The notes beneath the pieces are model-generated. The model ran no database searches. It was given only the letters and a program-made list of their open reading frames with translations, and was not told where the DNA came from. Positions 23,038-36,527 of a DNA stretch of 64,000 bases are shown one piece after another (positions within the stretch are counted from its first letter, which is position 1; every line of letters begins with the position of its first letter). The stretch is from an uncultured Gemmatimonadaceae bacterium (GTDB lineage: Bacteria > Gemmatimonadota > Gemmatimonadetes > Gemmatimonadales > Gemmatimonadaceae). Made by a program: the position numbers and the translations under genes. The DNA lies in contig OY970320.1 in the NCBI GenBank assembly GCA_963716745.1, positions 3,168,001 through 3,232,000 on the forward strand. Direction: 5' to 3'.

Positions 23038-25281
23038 TTACTGATCCTTCCCCCTCGGCACCATCTGGAACAGCCCTTCCAGATCCGTCGCCTTCACCAC
23101 CTGCCTCGCCGTCCCCATCATCTTGAGCGCCGCCGCAGTATCGCCCCGCTGCGCCAGGATCTGCGAGAGGTTCACTGCCGTCGCGGCGTAGATATACGGG
23201 ATCCCCACGCTCGCGCGATCCACCCACAGCCCGCGCTTGACCACGGCCGCCGGTCCCAGGAAATCGTTGTTCCACAGATCGAGCGTCGTCTTGAGATCGA
23301 GCCATCCGTCTTGCGCGCGCAGCGTGTCCGGCGACGCCTTCGGGATGGTGGGCATCAACTTTCGCGCGAGGCCCTGGCCGAGCAAGTACTGCTCGAGCCC
23401 GAGCTGCGTTGGCGTATTCCCCATGGTGCGGCTGAAATACAGCGGACGCGCCGGATAGTCATCCTTGATGATCCGAAGGATCACGATGTTCGCACGCTCC
23501 AGGATCTGCGGCTGCAACCGTGCCTTGATGCTGTCCTTCGTGAACATCTGCGGCTCGCGCAGCTCCAGATACTCGGGCAGCGCGTTCGCCTCGTCCATCG
23601 TCATCTTGATCGGCGAACCGTTCGGCTTGATCCACGTCTTGCCGCGATAGAGCGACGGTCCCTTCGCCGCATCGTAATCGTACACCGGGCGGCGGATCAT
23701 CTGCCGGATGTACCAATCGGTGTTCAACAGCGATGTGCAGAGCACGAGCACATCCTTGCGGATCCCTCCACTTCCTGCGCGTACCAGAGCGGGAAGGTGT
23801 CGTTGTCGCCGGCGGTGATGAGCACGCCGTACGGTTCGACTGAATCCAGCAGATCGTGCGCGAAGTCACGCGTGTCGGTCTGATGTGCGCGCGACGCGGC
23901 CTTGTAATTCAGGAAGAGCGGCACGAACGCGATCGCGAGCACCGGCATCGCGAGCAGCCAACTCTGTCGCACCGGGATCTCCATCGTCTCGCGGCCGATC
24001 TTCACTTGCTCGACGCCGAAGATCTCGGCGATGCCCTTCCCACACCCACACGAGTCCGAGCGCGGCCCACACGCCCCACGCCGCGAAGCTCACCATGAAG
24101 AAATAATCGCGGTCGCGCACTTCGCGTGGGATGCTCTCGCCGAGTTCGGGCGCCTGCGAATTGCCGAACTTGAAATTGAGGTAGAAGATGAGCACCAGCG
24201 TGATCGTGAACATGAACGTCGCGAAGTACCACCAGCTGCGCCGGTCGCGCTTGAAGTGCACCCAGCCGCCGAACATGCCCAGAATGAAGAACACGCCCGC
24301 GAGGGTGCTCTGCCACATCGCGCTGGCCGCCGTGGGGATCGGATCGCGGAACCACTGCCACTTGAAGTAGAACCAGTACATGCCGAGCTGGCCGTACAGA
24401 TGCGCGGCGATGGGCGGCATGGTGAATCCGTTCCACTTGAAATCGAAGCCGAAGAACGGCGCCTGCCGGTCGAGCAGCGGCGGCTTCGCGTACTGCACGC
24501 GATTGAAATTGTCCCAGAAGGCGTTCCACGTGGTGGGCTCGCCCTCGTTGATCGGCGGGAAGTGCGCCGCGCGGATCGGCTGCGTGAGGAAGGGCGACAT
24601 GCCGAGCAGCAGCGCGCCGACGCAGGCGAGCACGAGCTTCCACTGCATGATCTTCGCGGGGCGCCGCGTGAAGACCGCCGCGAGCACCGCCGGCCCCGCG
24701 AGGAACCCCATCATGTGGTTCGCGTAGCCGAGCCCGCCCAGGTACGCGATGAGCACGAGCGTCTTGTCGGCGTTCGGACTGTCGGGATCGTCGCTCCAGC
24801 GCACGGTGAGCCACGAGATGATCGCGAGCCCGAGCGCCGCCACGGTGTACACCTTCTCGTTGACGACGCTCTGGTTCCACACCGTGAACGCCGTTGCGCC
24901 GATCACGGCCGCGAGCACGCCGCCGGTGATCCGCTCCCATCGCTCGGGCAGCCAATTCACCAGCACACGCTCGGCGATCAGGAACCACATCATGGCGCTG
25001 AGCGCGCTGCAAATGGCGGCGAGGAGATTCACCTTCACCGCGACGCTGAGGCCGCCGAGCGGCAGGATCGCGAAGGTGCGTCCGAGCAGAACGAAGAGTG
25101 GATTGCCGGGCGGGTGGGGAAGGCCGAAGACGTACGCCGCCGAGATGTACTCACTCGTATCCCACATCGCCGTGCTCGGCGCGAGGGTCAGACAGTAGAG
25201 TATGAAAACGGCCAGCGCAGTGAGTGCGGCGGCCAGATAACTGGGGCGGTAGTCGAGCTCCGCGGAATTTTCGGGGGGCAT
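23038..25281 (-). CDS. DUF2723 / TMEM260-like multi-pass membrane glycosyltransferase, frameshifts at about 23.75-24.03 kb
   Basis: TLAPSTAMWDTSEY..GLPHPPGNP, TVWNQSV..EKVY, REVRDRDYFF, GDNDTFPLWYAQEVEG, SLLNTDWYIRQM. Confidence 0.8.
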
Positions 25282-25340
25282 TCCCTAAAGATGACTCGCC
25301 GCTCGCGTTCGGTCTAGCTCCAGCTACCTGGCTGCGGATT

Positions 25341-25480
25341 TGGTACCGCGACGGGCGGGGTTAGTACCGCTGAGGGCGTGCGTGGCGTTGGCGTTGGGAT
25401 GCGCGCGCGTCGCAGTCAACTGTATCCAACGCCAACGCTAACGCGCCGTCTGCGGTACCACCACGCCGTTCGCGGTACCA
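25341..25480. repeat. About 140-bp imperfect inverted repeat (REP/MITE-like), copy 1
   Basis: TGGTACCGCGA...TCGCGGTACCA ends; inner GCGTTGGCGTTGG/CCAACGCCAACGC. Confidence 0.85.
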
Positions 25481-25498
25481 TCGACGCGGTTCATGCTC

Positions 25499-27033
25499 CT
25501 AGTGGCGGAAGAGCCGCGTTCCCGTGAATACCATTGCGATCCCCTTCTCATTCGCTGCGCCAATGACTTCATCATCCCGCACGGAGCCTCCCGGCTGCAC
25601 GATGGCCGTGATCCCCGGCTTCCGCCGCGGCGTCCACTCCATCGCGGAATGGGAAGAACGCATCCGAGCCCAGCACCGCGCCCGCCGTCGCGTGTCCCGC
25701 GTTGCGTGCTTTGTGCACCGCCAGGAAACTCGCGTCCACCCGCGACATTTGCCCCGCGCCGATGCCGATGGTCGCGCCGTCGCGCGTGAGCACGATCGCA
25801 TTCGATTTCACACTCGCAACGGCGCGCCAGGCGAATAGGAGATCGGTGCGCTCCGCTTCCGACGGTGCGCGGCGCGTCACGACTTGCCAGGTGTCGGCGT
25901 TGGTCTCGGTCGACGGCCGCTCCTGCACGAGCACGCCGGCGCGCACGCGTTTGAAATCGAGTGCGGGCTCGCCCCATTTCGCTTTGCCCTCGAGCACGCG
26001 CAGGTTCTTCTTGCGGCCGAGGATCTCGATGGCGGCGTCGCTGAACTTGGGCGCGACCACGCACTCCACGAAGAGCGCGGCCACTGCGTCAGCGGCCGCT
26101 TCGTCCACCGGAACGGTGAACGAGATCACGCTGCCGAACGCGCTCTGCGGGTCGCAGGCGAGCGCCTTCTGGTACGCCTCGAGCGCGCTCTCGCCCGTGG
26201 CGAGTCCGCACGGCGTGGTGTGCTTGATGATCGCGCAGCACGGCTCGTCGCCGAACATGTCACTCGCGAGCAGTGCGCCTTCGAGATCCAGCAGATTGTT
26301 GAAGCTCAACTCCTTGCCGCCCTTCTGCACGAGACCCGCGAGGCCGGCGCCTTTCCGCTCCGTGTAGAACGCGGCCTTCTGGTGCGGATTCTCTCCATAC
26401 CGAAGCCCCTGTGCGCGCTCGAAGCTCAACACCACGCGCTCGGGAAACAGTTCGCCGCGCGTGCGCGCGAACCATGCTGCGATCGCGCCGTCGTAGGACC
26501 CCGTGTGCGCGTACGCCTTCTCCGCGAGCATCCGGCGCAGCTCGAGATCATCATCCTTGGCCGCGACGGTCGCGAGTACGCGCGTATAGTCCGCCGGATC
26601 CACTACCACGTACACGCTCGCGAAGTTCTTCGCGGCCGACCGCAGCATGCTCGGCCCGCCGATGTCGATATTCTCGATCACCTCGTGCTCGGCCACACCC
26701 GGCTTGGCCGCCGTCTCGCGGAACGGATACAGATTCACCACCACGAGATCGATCGGCGTGATCTTGTGCTCGGCGAGGGCTTTCATGTGCTCCGGCACGT
26801 CGCGCCGCGCAAGCAAGCCGCCATGCACCGCGGGATGCAGTGTCTTCACGCGGCCGTCGAGCATCTCGGGGAATCCGGTGACCTCGCTGACGTCGCGCAC
26901 GGCGAGATTCGGCCTCGCGCAACACGCGCGCGGTGCCGCCGGTGGAGATGAGTTCCCAGCCCAGGCCGGTGAGCGCCCGCGCGAAGTCGACGAGTCCGGT
27001 CTTGTCGGAAACGGAGAGCAGGGCGCGGGGCAT
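25499..27033 (-). CDS. purH: Bifunctional AICAR transformylase/IMP cyclohydrolase, frameshifted
   Basis: [55 protein letters not shown]. Confidence 0.96.
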
Positions 27034-27040
27034 GGAAGTC

Positions 27041-29132
27041 CTAAGGTGTGGTGGCGAGCGTCTGGACGACGCGTCCGAGCGCGAGGATGTCGGCGAGATC
27101 GACCACTTCGGCAGGCGAGTGCGCATAGCGAAGCGGCCACGCCACGGGAACATCGACCGTTCCAAAGCGAACGTACTCACTCCCGTCATTCCCGCCGTTG
27201 GTGGTCCCATACTGGAAGGGGATGTTCGCCGCTCTCACGATCTTCATGAGGCGCGCGAGTTCATCCGGCGGCGTGACGCTCGAATTGTCGAGCGCGCGCG
27301 CCACCGCGCCGGCGCCCAGTGGGGCGTACGCGAAACGCTGGTTCTCGAGGGGAGAATCGCTGCTCACGAACGTATCCACGGCGTACACACGCTTCACACC
27401 CCGCGGATGATCGTTGGCGAACGCGCGCGCGCCCTCGAGACCTACTTCTTCGCGCGTGCTGAACACCCAGTACGTCTTCCGTGTGAGCGTCGAGGGCTCG
27501 AATGTGCCGCAGCGCGAGAATGAAACTCGTGCAGCCCGCGCGATCGTCGATGCTGCGCGCCGTGAAGCGCGACGAGGCGAGACGCGTCGCGGCCTTCACG
27601 CCGGTGATCGTCGTGCCCACGGTCACTCCCTTTGCCATGAGCGCGGCGGAATCCATGCCGAACCACGCCTGCATGGACGGCGGCTGCTTGGTCGTGCCCG
27701 TCTTGCGCGGCAGGAACACGCCGTTCATCGGCGCACCCTTCGCCACGTGCATGATCGCGGGCTGTCCTTCCCAGAGCGAGCGGAAGAATCCGCCGCGGTT
27801 CGCGAGCGTGATCGTGCCGTCATGGTCGATCTTCTGCACCGTGAAGCCGATCTCGTCCATGTGCGCGATGAACACCACGGTGTCTCTCTCGGGGCCGGCG
27901 GCCACGATCAAGTTGCCCGCGCTGTCCACGGTCGCGACATCCTGCGCCCACTTCGGGAGCAGCTTCTTCACGGCGTCGCGCATCAGCCCTTCGTTGCCCG
28001 ACACCGAGTACACGTTCGTGAACGTCGCGAGCACATCCGCCGCCTCGGTGAGCGAGTCCTTTCGGATCGCATCGTTGGGCATGCGCGGCGTGAGCGCGAG
28101 GATCGACGCCGGCGCGTTCACGCCCGCGGCCTTCGCGACCGCGGCCGCGTACGCCATCACGTCCTGATCGCGCACCGTTTCCGCGAGCGAGTTCGGGTTC
28201 ATCGGCCGCATCGCGATCACGGTCACGACGCCCTTCGATCCGGCCGCGCCCGTGTACGTCGCCCCATAGGGCGGCGGCGCCATGCGCATGACGAACGGTG
28301 ACGTGCTGTCGCCCATGTAGGCCTTCGCCGTATCCGCGCGACCCACGCTCGGCGCCGCGATGAAGACCGAATCGACGTTGCCGAGCTGGAATGTGACCGC
28401 GCCGAGTCCGGCCCACGCGAATCCGCCTTGCACCGTGAGCGCGAATATCGTTTCGCCGGTCTTCGGCGCGGCGCCCATCGCGAGCGTCGCCACCGCCGCG
28501 CATCCCGCGCGCGCCGCGGCGAACGGGCCCGACGTGTATCCATTGAAGGTCATCTTCGGCCAATCGCGCACCACGCCATCGAGCAACCCGATCCCCATCT
28601 GCGCGACCTCGGCGCGGTTCTTCGCGCCGACATCCACCCACAATTCCTCCACCGTGGCCGGAGCGTCCGACGGCAACCGGCCGCGCCAGAGGTGCGTGCT
28701 GCGCACCGCCGTCACCGCGGGGAGCCAGCCGCCGTTGGTCACAATGCGTACGCGCTGTCCTTCGAAATATTGGTCCCACATGATGCCGCGCGGGCCCCAG
28801 TTGCCCGCTTCGTGCAGGCGCAGATAGCCGTCATCGGTGATCTCGCTCACCGCGAACGTCGGCGTGTCCATCGCGCAGGCGACCACACGGCGCGGACGGC
28901 CCTTGCCCTTGCGCATGATGAGATTGCCGAGGCCATCGCGCGTCCACCCTTGCTGCGTCTGCTGTACGATCTGCATCGCGGTCGCTTCGCGGCCGGTGGG
29001 TGCGTCGAGGCCGATCCAGCTGGCGAGGGCGTCGCCGGCGCCCTGCGCATTCGCGCGTGCCGTGGCGATGGTGAATAGGGCGGCGAGCGCCGCCACGAAT
29101 GCGCTACGGAACGAGCGCGGAATCGATCTCAT
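27041..29132 (-). CDS. Secreted M42/M20-clan metallopeptidase with tandem duplicated domains, frameshift near 27490
   Basis: Signal peptide; C-terminal half [27 protein letters not shown]-terminal half homologous but degenerate. Confidence 0.8.
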
Positions 29133-29808
29133 TGGCGAGCTCATCGTCCTCCTGCGGTTGTATCGCGAATGCCGCGCGGCTCACCGCGTGGCGCAACGTG
29201 CCGGTGACTTTCCCGTCGGGACCGAGCCCGATCTGCTTGCGTCCCACCGCCGCGACCACGCGCGGCAGCAGCAGATGTTCTACGCGCAGCACACGCGCGG
29301 CGAGCGTGTCCACAGTGTCATCGCCGAACACCGGCACGGGCCACTGCGCGATGATCGGCCCGCGATCGTAGTGCTCGTCCACGAAATGTATGGTGACACC
29401 GGTGACGCGCGCGCCCGATGCGAGCACCGCCTCGTGGATCTTCTTGCCATACATCCCCTTGCCGCCGAACGCGGGCAGCAGCGACGGATGCACGTTGATC
29501 ATCGCGCCCTTGTACGCCTTCACGACGCCGCTGGGCACGAGCTTCAGGAATCCGGCGAGCACGACGAGATCGATCTCGGCCTGTTGCAGCTGCATCGCGA
29601 GACCCACGCTCTCACCGGTGCCCTCGTCCATCGTGACCGCATGGATCTTGTGCTCTTGCGCCCACGTGAGCGCGCCGGCGTCGGGACGGTCGGCGAGCAC
29701 GAGCATGACACGAACGCCGCGGGAGCGGCTGTCGTGCGAGAGATATTCGTGCAATGCGCGGAGATTGGACCCGCGCCCGGATGCCAGCACCGCGACTCGG
29801 GTCGCCAT
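29104..29808 (-). CDS. purN: Phosphoribosylglycinamide formyltransferase
   Basis: VAVLASGRGSNL, LAGFLK, INVHPSLLPAFGG, HFVDEHYDRGPII. Confidence 0.95.
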   Translation of the reverse strand: MATRVAVLASGRGSNLRALHEYLSHDSRSRGVRVMLVLADRPDAGALTWAQEHKIHAVTMDEGTGESVGLAMQLQQAEIDLVVLAGFLKLVPSGVVKAYKGAMINVHPSLLPAFGGKGMYGKKIHEAVLASGARVTGVTIHFVDEHYDRGPIIAQWPVPVFGDDTVDTLAARVLRVEHLLLPRVVAAVGRKQIGLGPDGKVTGTLRHAVSRAAFAIQPQEDDELANEIDSALVP

Positions 29809-29819
29809 GGGGCGTGATG

Positions 29820-30374
29820 TTAGCGGGTGGCGCGCAGGCTGTCGAGTGCGCGCGTGACCGCCGCGTCGAGCGTCGTCGCGACGAAGAATCGTTCGCCCGC
29901 GGTGACGACATCGGCGCTCGGCGTCTGCAGCCGCGGCACGAGGATGCCGTGCGCGCCGAACGCGGCCGCGGGCTCGATGTCGCGCAGCCGGTCGCCGATG
30001 AACCATGAGCGCGCGAGATCGAGATCGTGATCCTTTGCCGCCTGGCGGAAGAGCAGGGTGCCGGGCTTGCGGCACTCGCATTCCGTTTCGGGCGCATGCG
30101 GGCAATGATACGTGGCGTCAATGTGCCCGCCGCGCGGCAAGAGCAGCTCGAGGACGCGTTTGTTCACGTTCTCGTAGTCGGCCTCGGTGTAGCGTCCGCG
30201 TCCGATCCCGCTCTGGTTCGTGACGACGATGAGCGGCACGCCCGCTTCATTGATGCGCGCGATCGGGATCGACACGCCCTCGAGCAGGGACACGTCCTCG
30301 CGCCGCGAGATGTAGCCGGTATCCGTGATGATCGTGCCGTCACGGTCGAGGAAGATGGCGGGCTGCGGGCTCAT
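29820..30374 (-). CDS. HAD-IIIA phosphatase (GmhB/HisB-N-like)
   Basis: FLDRDGT, VTNQSGIGRG, CPH..CECRKP, IGDRLRD. Confidence 0.88.
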   Translation of the reverse strand: MSPQPAIFLDRDGTIITDTGYISRREDVSLLEGVSIPIARINEAGVPLIVVTNQSGIGRGRYTEADYENVNKRVLELLLPRGGHIDATYHCPHAPETECECRKPGTLLFRQAAKDHDLDLARSWFIGDRLRDIEPAAAFGAHGILVPRLQTPSADVVTAGERFFVATTLDAAVTRALDSLRATR

Positions 30375-31729
30375 GCGAGGGCGCGGGCGAGCGCGTCGGC
30401 GAGGAGGGCGTCGTCGCCCGGTGGCACCGAGCGACAGTCGAGCAGGAGCTGACCATCCATGATACGGCCGATCACCGGCACGTGTTGGGCGCGCAGCCGC
30501 GCCTCGAGCGCGTCGGCGTCGCCGCGGATCGCGATCGCGGCGCTCGGGATCCGCGCCGCGGGAAACGCGCCGCCACCCACACTGGCTTCGCTCTCGATCA
30601 CGGTCGCTTGCTTGCCCAGCTTCGCGGCAATCGCCTGCGCGCGAGGGCGGATCTCTTCCACCGCCGTGGTGAGCATCGCGAGCGCGGGGATCTCCCGCCG
30701 TGCGCGCTCAGGCTCGCGATACAACCGCAGCGTCGACTCGAGTGCGGCGAGCGTGAGCTTGTCCACACGCAAGGCGCGCGTGAGCGGGTTGGATCTAAGG
30801 CGCGACACCATTGCCGCGCGGCCGAGGATGATCCCCGCCTGCGGGCCGCCGAGCAGTTTGTCGCCGCTCATCGTGATGACATCGGCACCAGCGCGCACGG
30901 CTTCGAACGCGATCGGCTCGCCGGTGAGTCCCCACGGCGACAGGTCGATGAAGAGCCCGCTGCCCAGGTCGTGGATGAGCGCGGCGCCTCGCGACTGCGC
31001 GAGCGGCGCGAGCTGCCTGACGTCTACCTCCGCTGTGAATCCCTCCATGGAGAAATTCGAACGGTGCACCTTCACGATCGCGCCGGCGTGCGCGCCGAGT
31101 CCGCGCGAATAATCCTCGAGATGGGTGCGGTTCGTCGTGCCCACTTCCACGAGGCGCGCGCCGCTGCGCGCCATGATGTCGGGAATGCGGAAGCTGCCGC
31201 CGATCTCCACCAGTTCCCCGCGGCTCACGATCGCGTCGCGCCCGTCCGCGAGGGTATTGAGCGCCAGCAACAGCGCCGCGGCGCCGTTGTTCACCACGAG
31301 GGCGTCCTCGGCGCCCGTGAGTTCGCGCAGCAGCGACACACAGTGCGAGTAACGGCTGCCGCGCTCGCCACGCGCGAGATCGTATTCGAGGTTCGCGTAG
31401 CCGGCGGCGGCCTGCGCAACCGCTTCGATCGCGGCAGGCGCGAGCGGCGCGCGGCCGAGGTTCGTGTGGAGGATCACGCCAGTGGCGTTGATCACGCGGC
31501 GAAGGGAAGGGCGTTCGCGCGCGGCGAGCGCGTCGCGCACGGCGGCCGACCACGCGGCGTCGGTGGCGGGGGCGTTCGCGACCGAGGCGCGCGCGGCGTC
31601 GATGGCATCGCGCACGGCTGCGGTGACGACTTCCCGTGGCGAGTTCGCGAGCAGCGTCTGCACGCCGTCGCTCTCGAGCAGCGTGCTCACGCTCGGCAAT
31701 CCGCGCCGCTCGTCGCCGTCGCGCTTCAT
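30371..31729 (-). CDS. selA: L-seryl-tRNA(Sec) selenium transferase
   Basis: VINATGVILHTNLGRA, VSRGELVEIGGSFR, VEVGTTNRT, SGDKLLGGPQAG. Confidence 0.93.
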   Translation of the reverse strand: MKRDGDERRGLPSVSTLLESDGVQTLLANSPREVVTAAVRDAIDAARASVANAPATDAAWSAAVRDALAARERPSLRRVINATGVILHTNLGRAPLAPAAIEAVAQAAAGYANLEYDLARGERGSRYSHCVSLLRELTGAEDALVVNNGAAALLLALNTLADGRDAIVSRGELVEIGGSFRIPDIMARSGARLVEVGTTNRTHLEDYSRGLGAHAGAIVKVHRSNFSMEGFTAEVDVRQLAPLAQSRGAALIHDLGSGLFIDLSPWGLTGEPIAFEAVRAGADVITMSGDKLLGGPQAGIILGRAAMVSRLRSNPLTRALRVDKLTLAALESTLRLYREPERARREIPALAMLTTAVEEIRPRAQAIAAKLGKQATVIESEASVGGGAFPAARIPSAAIAIRGDADALEARLRAQHVPVIGRIMDGQLLLDCRSVPPGDDALLADALARALA

Positions 31730-32967
31730 TGTGTTGGCGGCTTCACGGGCGGCGGTCCGGGTGGTGCGATCCCTTTCAACTTGCCGGTGCTGTCGCGCCC
31801 GAGGCCCGTCTTCGTCGTGTCCTTCGGCACCGGCTTGGGATACTGCACCGTGCGCAACGAACTCGCCGTGTCACCAAGGAGGTTCTTCACGTCGTGCGCT
31901 TCGAGGCGGTACCACGTGCCCGTCGCGAGCGCCTTGGCCGGCGCGATGAGGTACTCGCTGTTCGGCAGCGCGCGCGTCGGCACGGGCGGCGGGACCTTGG
32001 GCACCGTGTCCTTGAGCGCGGCGGCCACGGAGTCCTGCTTCTTCCGGCGGATCGCGGCGGTGTCCTTCTTCGCGAGCGTATCGGCCTTGGTCAGAGAATC
32101 GGTGCGTTCCTTATCGTAGTCGCGCCATGGCCGCACGAGCCGGATCGCGAGTACGGTGGAATCGCCGGAACGCAGCACGAAGTTGCTCGTGTCGAGCTTG
32201 CTGCGAGATGAGCACCGGTTTGTCGAACGTCACCTTGATCGCGAGCGAATCGCGGATCTCGAGGCCCGAGATGCGCGGGCCGATCGAGTCGTGCACGAAC
32301 GTGTAGAGGTCCATCGACAGCGTGTCGGTGAGGTTCACCGCCACGGTGTCCCATGGCTCGCGCGGATCGAGCGCACGATTGCTGTTGAGATCGGCCACGC
32401 CGCGGATCGTCATTGGGCCGGCGCGCATCGTGCCCAGCTGGTACCGTCCGCTCGAATCGGCGAGCGTGATGTACTGCGTGCTGTCGGGCGGCAGGAAGAT
32501 CTGCACGAGCGCGTTCGGCACGGGTTTCCCGGTGGCCCAATCGAACACCGCACCGTGGATCAGCGTGCCGGGGATGAACGAGCCGGTGGAGAAGATGATC
32601 ACGATGGGGCGTTTGATCACGTTGCCATGGAGATCGGCGAGGCCCGGGCGGAGCGTGACCGTGTACGCGGTGATCGGCTTCCAGGCGCGCTGCCCGCGGA
32701 TCTCGAGGCGGTCGCGATGCCAACCGACCTTCGGCTCGCCATCACGCGGCGAGATAAGGACGAGGCCGGCGAGATTCTGCGCGGCGCCGGCGGGTCGCTC
32801 CGAGACCACCTCATCGAAGATCAGCGTGACGCTCTTGCCGCGGTAGTTCACGGCGCCGCTCTCGGGCGCGACCGAGTCGAGTACCGCCGGCGTGTGCCGC
32901 GGCGGTCCGCCCGGCGGGAATCCTTGCTGGGCGCACGCGGCCGCGAGCGCCGCGGCGAGCACGAGCG

Positions 32968-32980
<13 letters not shown>
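31726..32980 (-). CDS. Ig-like (Big_5-type) domain lipoprotein, frameshift near 32200
   Basis: Lipobox LAAACAQQGFPPGGP, FDEVV, YTVTLRPGLADLHGN..FSTG. Confidence 0.75.
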
Positions 32981-35723
<2,743 letters not shown>

Positions 35724-35780
35724 CGTCTAGGAAGCTAACGGTGCGCGGAAGGGGGCACCACTAACTACTGACCGCGTAAG

Positions 35781-35922
35781 TGGCACCGCGAACGGCGGGG
35801 GTGGCACCGCAAACTTCGTCTGTGGCGCTTGGCGTTGGGAACCGGGGGCTCCTTGGGATCAGCAGTACCCAACGCCAGGCGCCAACACGCCGTTCGCGGT
35901 ACCACCCCCGCCGTCAGCGGTT
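35781..35922. repeat. Imperfect inverted repeat, copy 2 of the same family
   Basis: Shares CACGCCGTTCGCGGTACCA (35886-35904) exactly with copy 1 (25462-25480). Confidence 0.85.
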
Positions 35923-36444
35923 CTACACGCGCTCTTTCATTTCCTCAGCGTCCATCGCCTCCGGATCCCCGACCATCAACTGATTCACCACCGTCTCCAC
36001 TCCGGCCACTCTCCGCGCCACCGCTGTCGCTCTCATCCGCTCCGATTTCGATCCGACCCATCCCGCCAATTCCACCACCGACTCCGAGGTCGCCTCGATG
36101 TCCACCGCGCGATCTCTCAGCACCGGATCGGCGATGAACGCGGCCAGCACGCGCGCTTCGAGCGCCTCGGTATCCTCGGCGGTCGCGGATTCCTCGAGTT
36201 CGTCGCCCCACTCATAGTCGAATTCCTGGGCGCCGGCGAACGCTTCGTCCGCGAATTCGCGGATCGAATCCAAATCGAAGCGTTTGTTCCCGAGCGCGGA
36301 GCGCAGCCGCTTCCTGATGCCCTTCACGCCGCCGAGTTTGTGCGACAGCAGCAGGCCGAGCGCGACGCCGGCGAGCGCGCCCGTGAGCGCGGCGGCGAGC
36401 GTGCTGTTCGAGATTCCTTCCGGTTCCCGGCGATAGCGCGGCAT
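35923..36444 (-). CDS. BON-domain protein with N-terminal membrane anchor
   Basis: Hydrophobic helix, then VELAGWV..VARRVAGVETVVNQL. Confidence 0.8.
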   Translation of the reverse strand: MPRYRREPEGISNSTLAAALTGALAGVALGLLLSHKLGGVKGIRKRLRSALGNKRFDLDSIREFADEAFAGAQEFDYEWGDELEESATAEDTEALEARVLAAFIADPVLRDRAVDIEATSESVVELAGWVGSKSERMRATAVARRVAGVETVVNQLMVGDPEAMDAEEMKERV

Positions 36445-36527
36445 ACTTCGCTGTGGCGATGAGGGTGGCCGAACGATAACTTGTCGTGGCGCGCTCAGCG
36501 AGTGGCGCGCCGTCTCATACTCCCGCG

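Noticed and set aside
35724..36527. T-box leaders for valS/thrS
   Set aside because: No T-box consensus seen; the space is filled by the BON gene and the palindromic repeat
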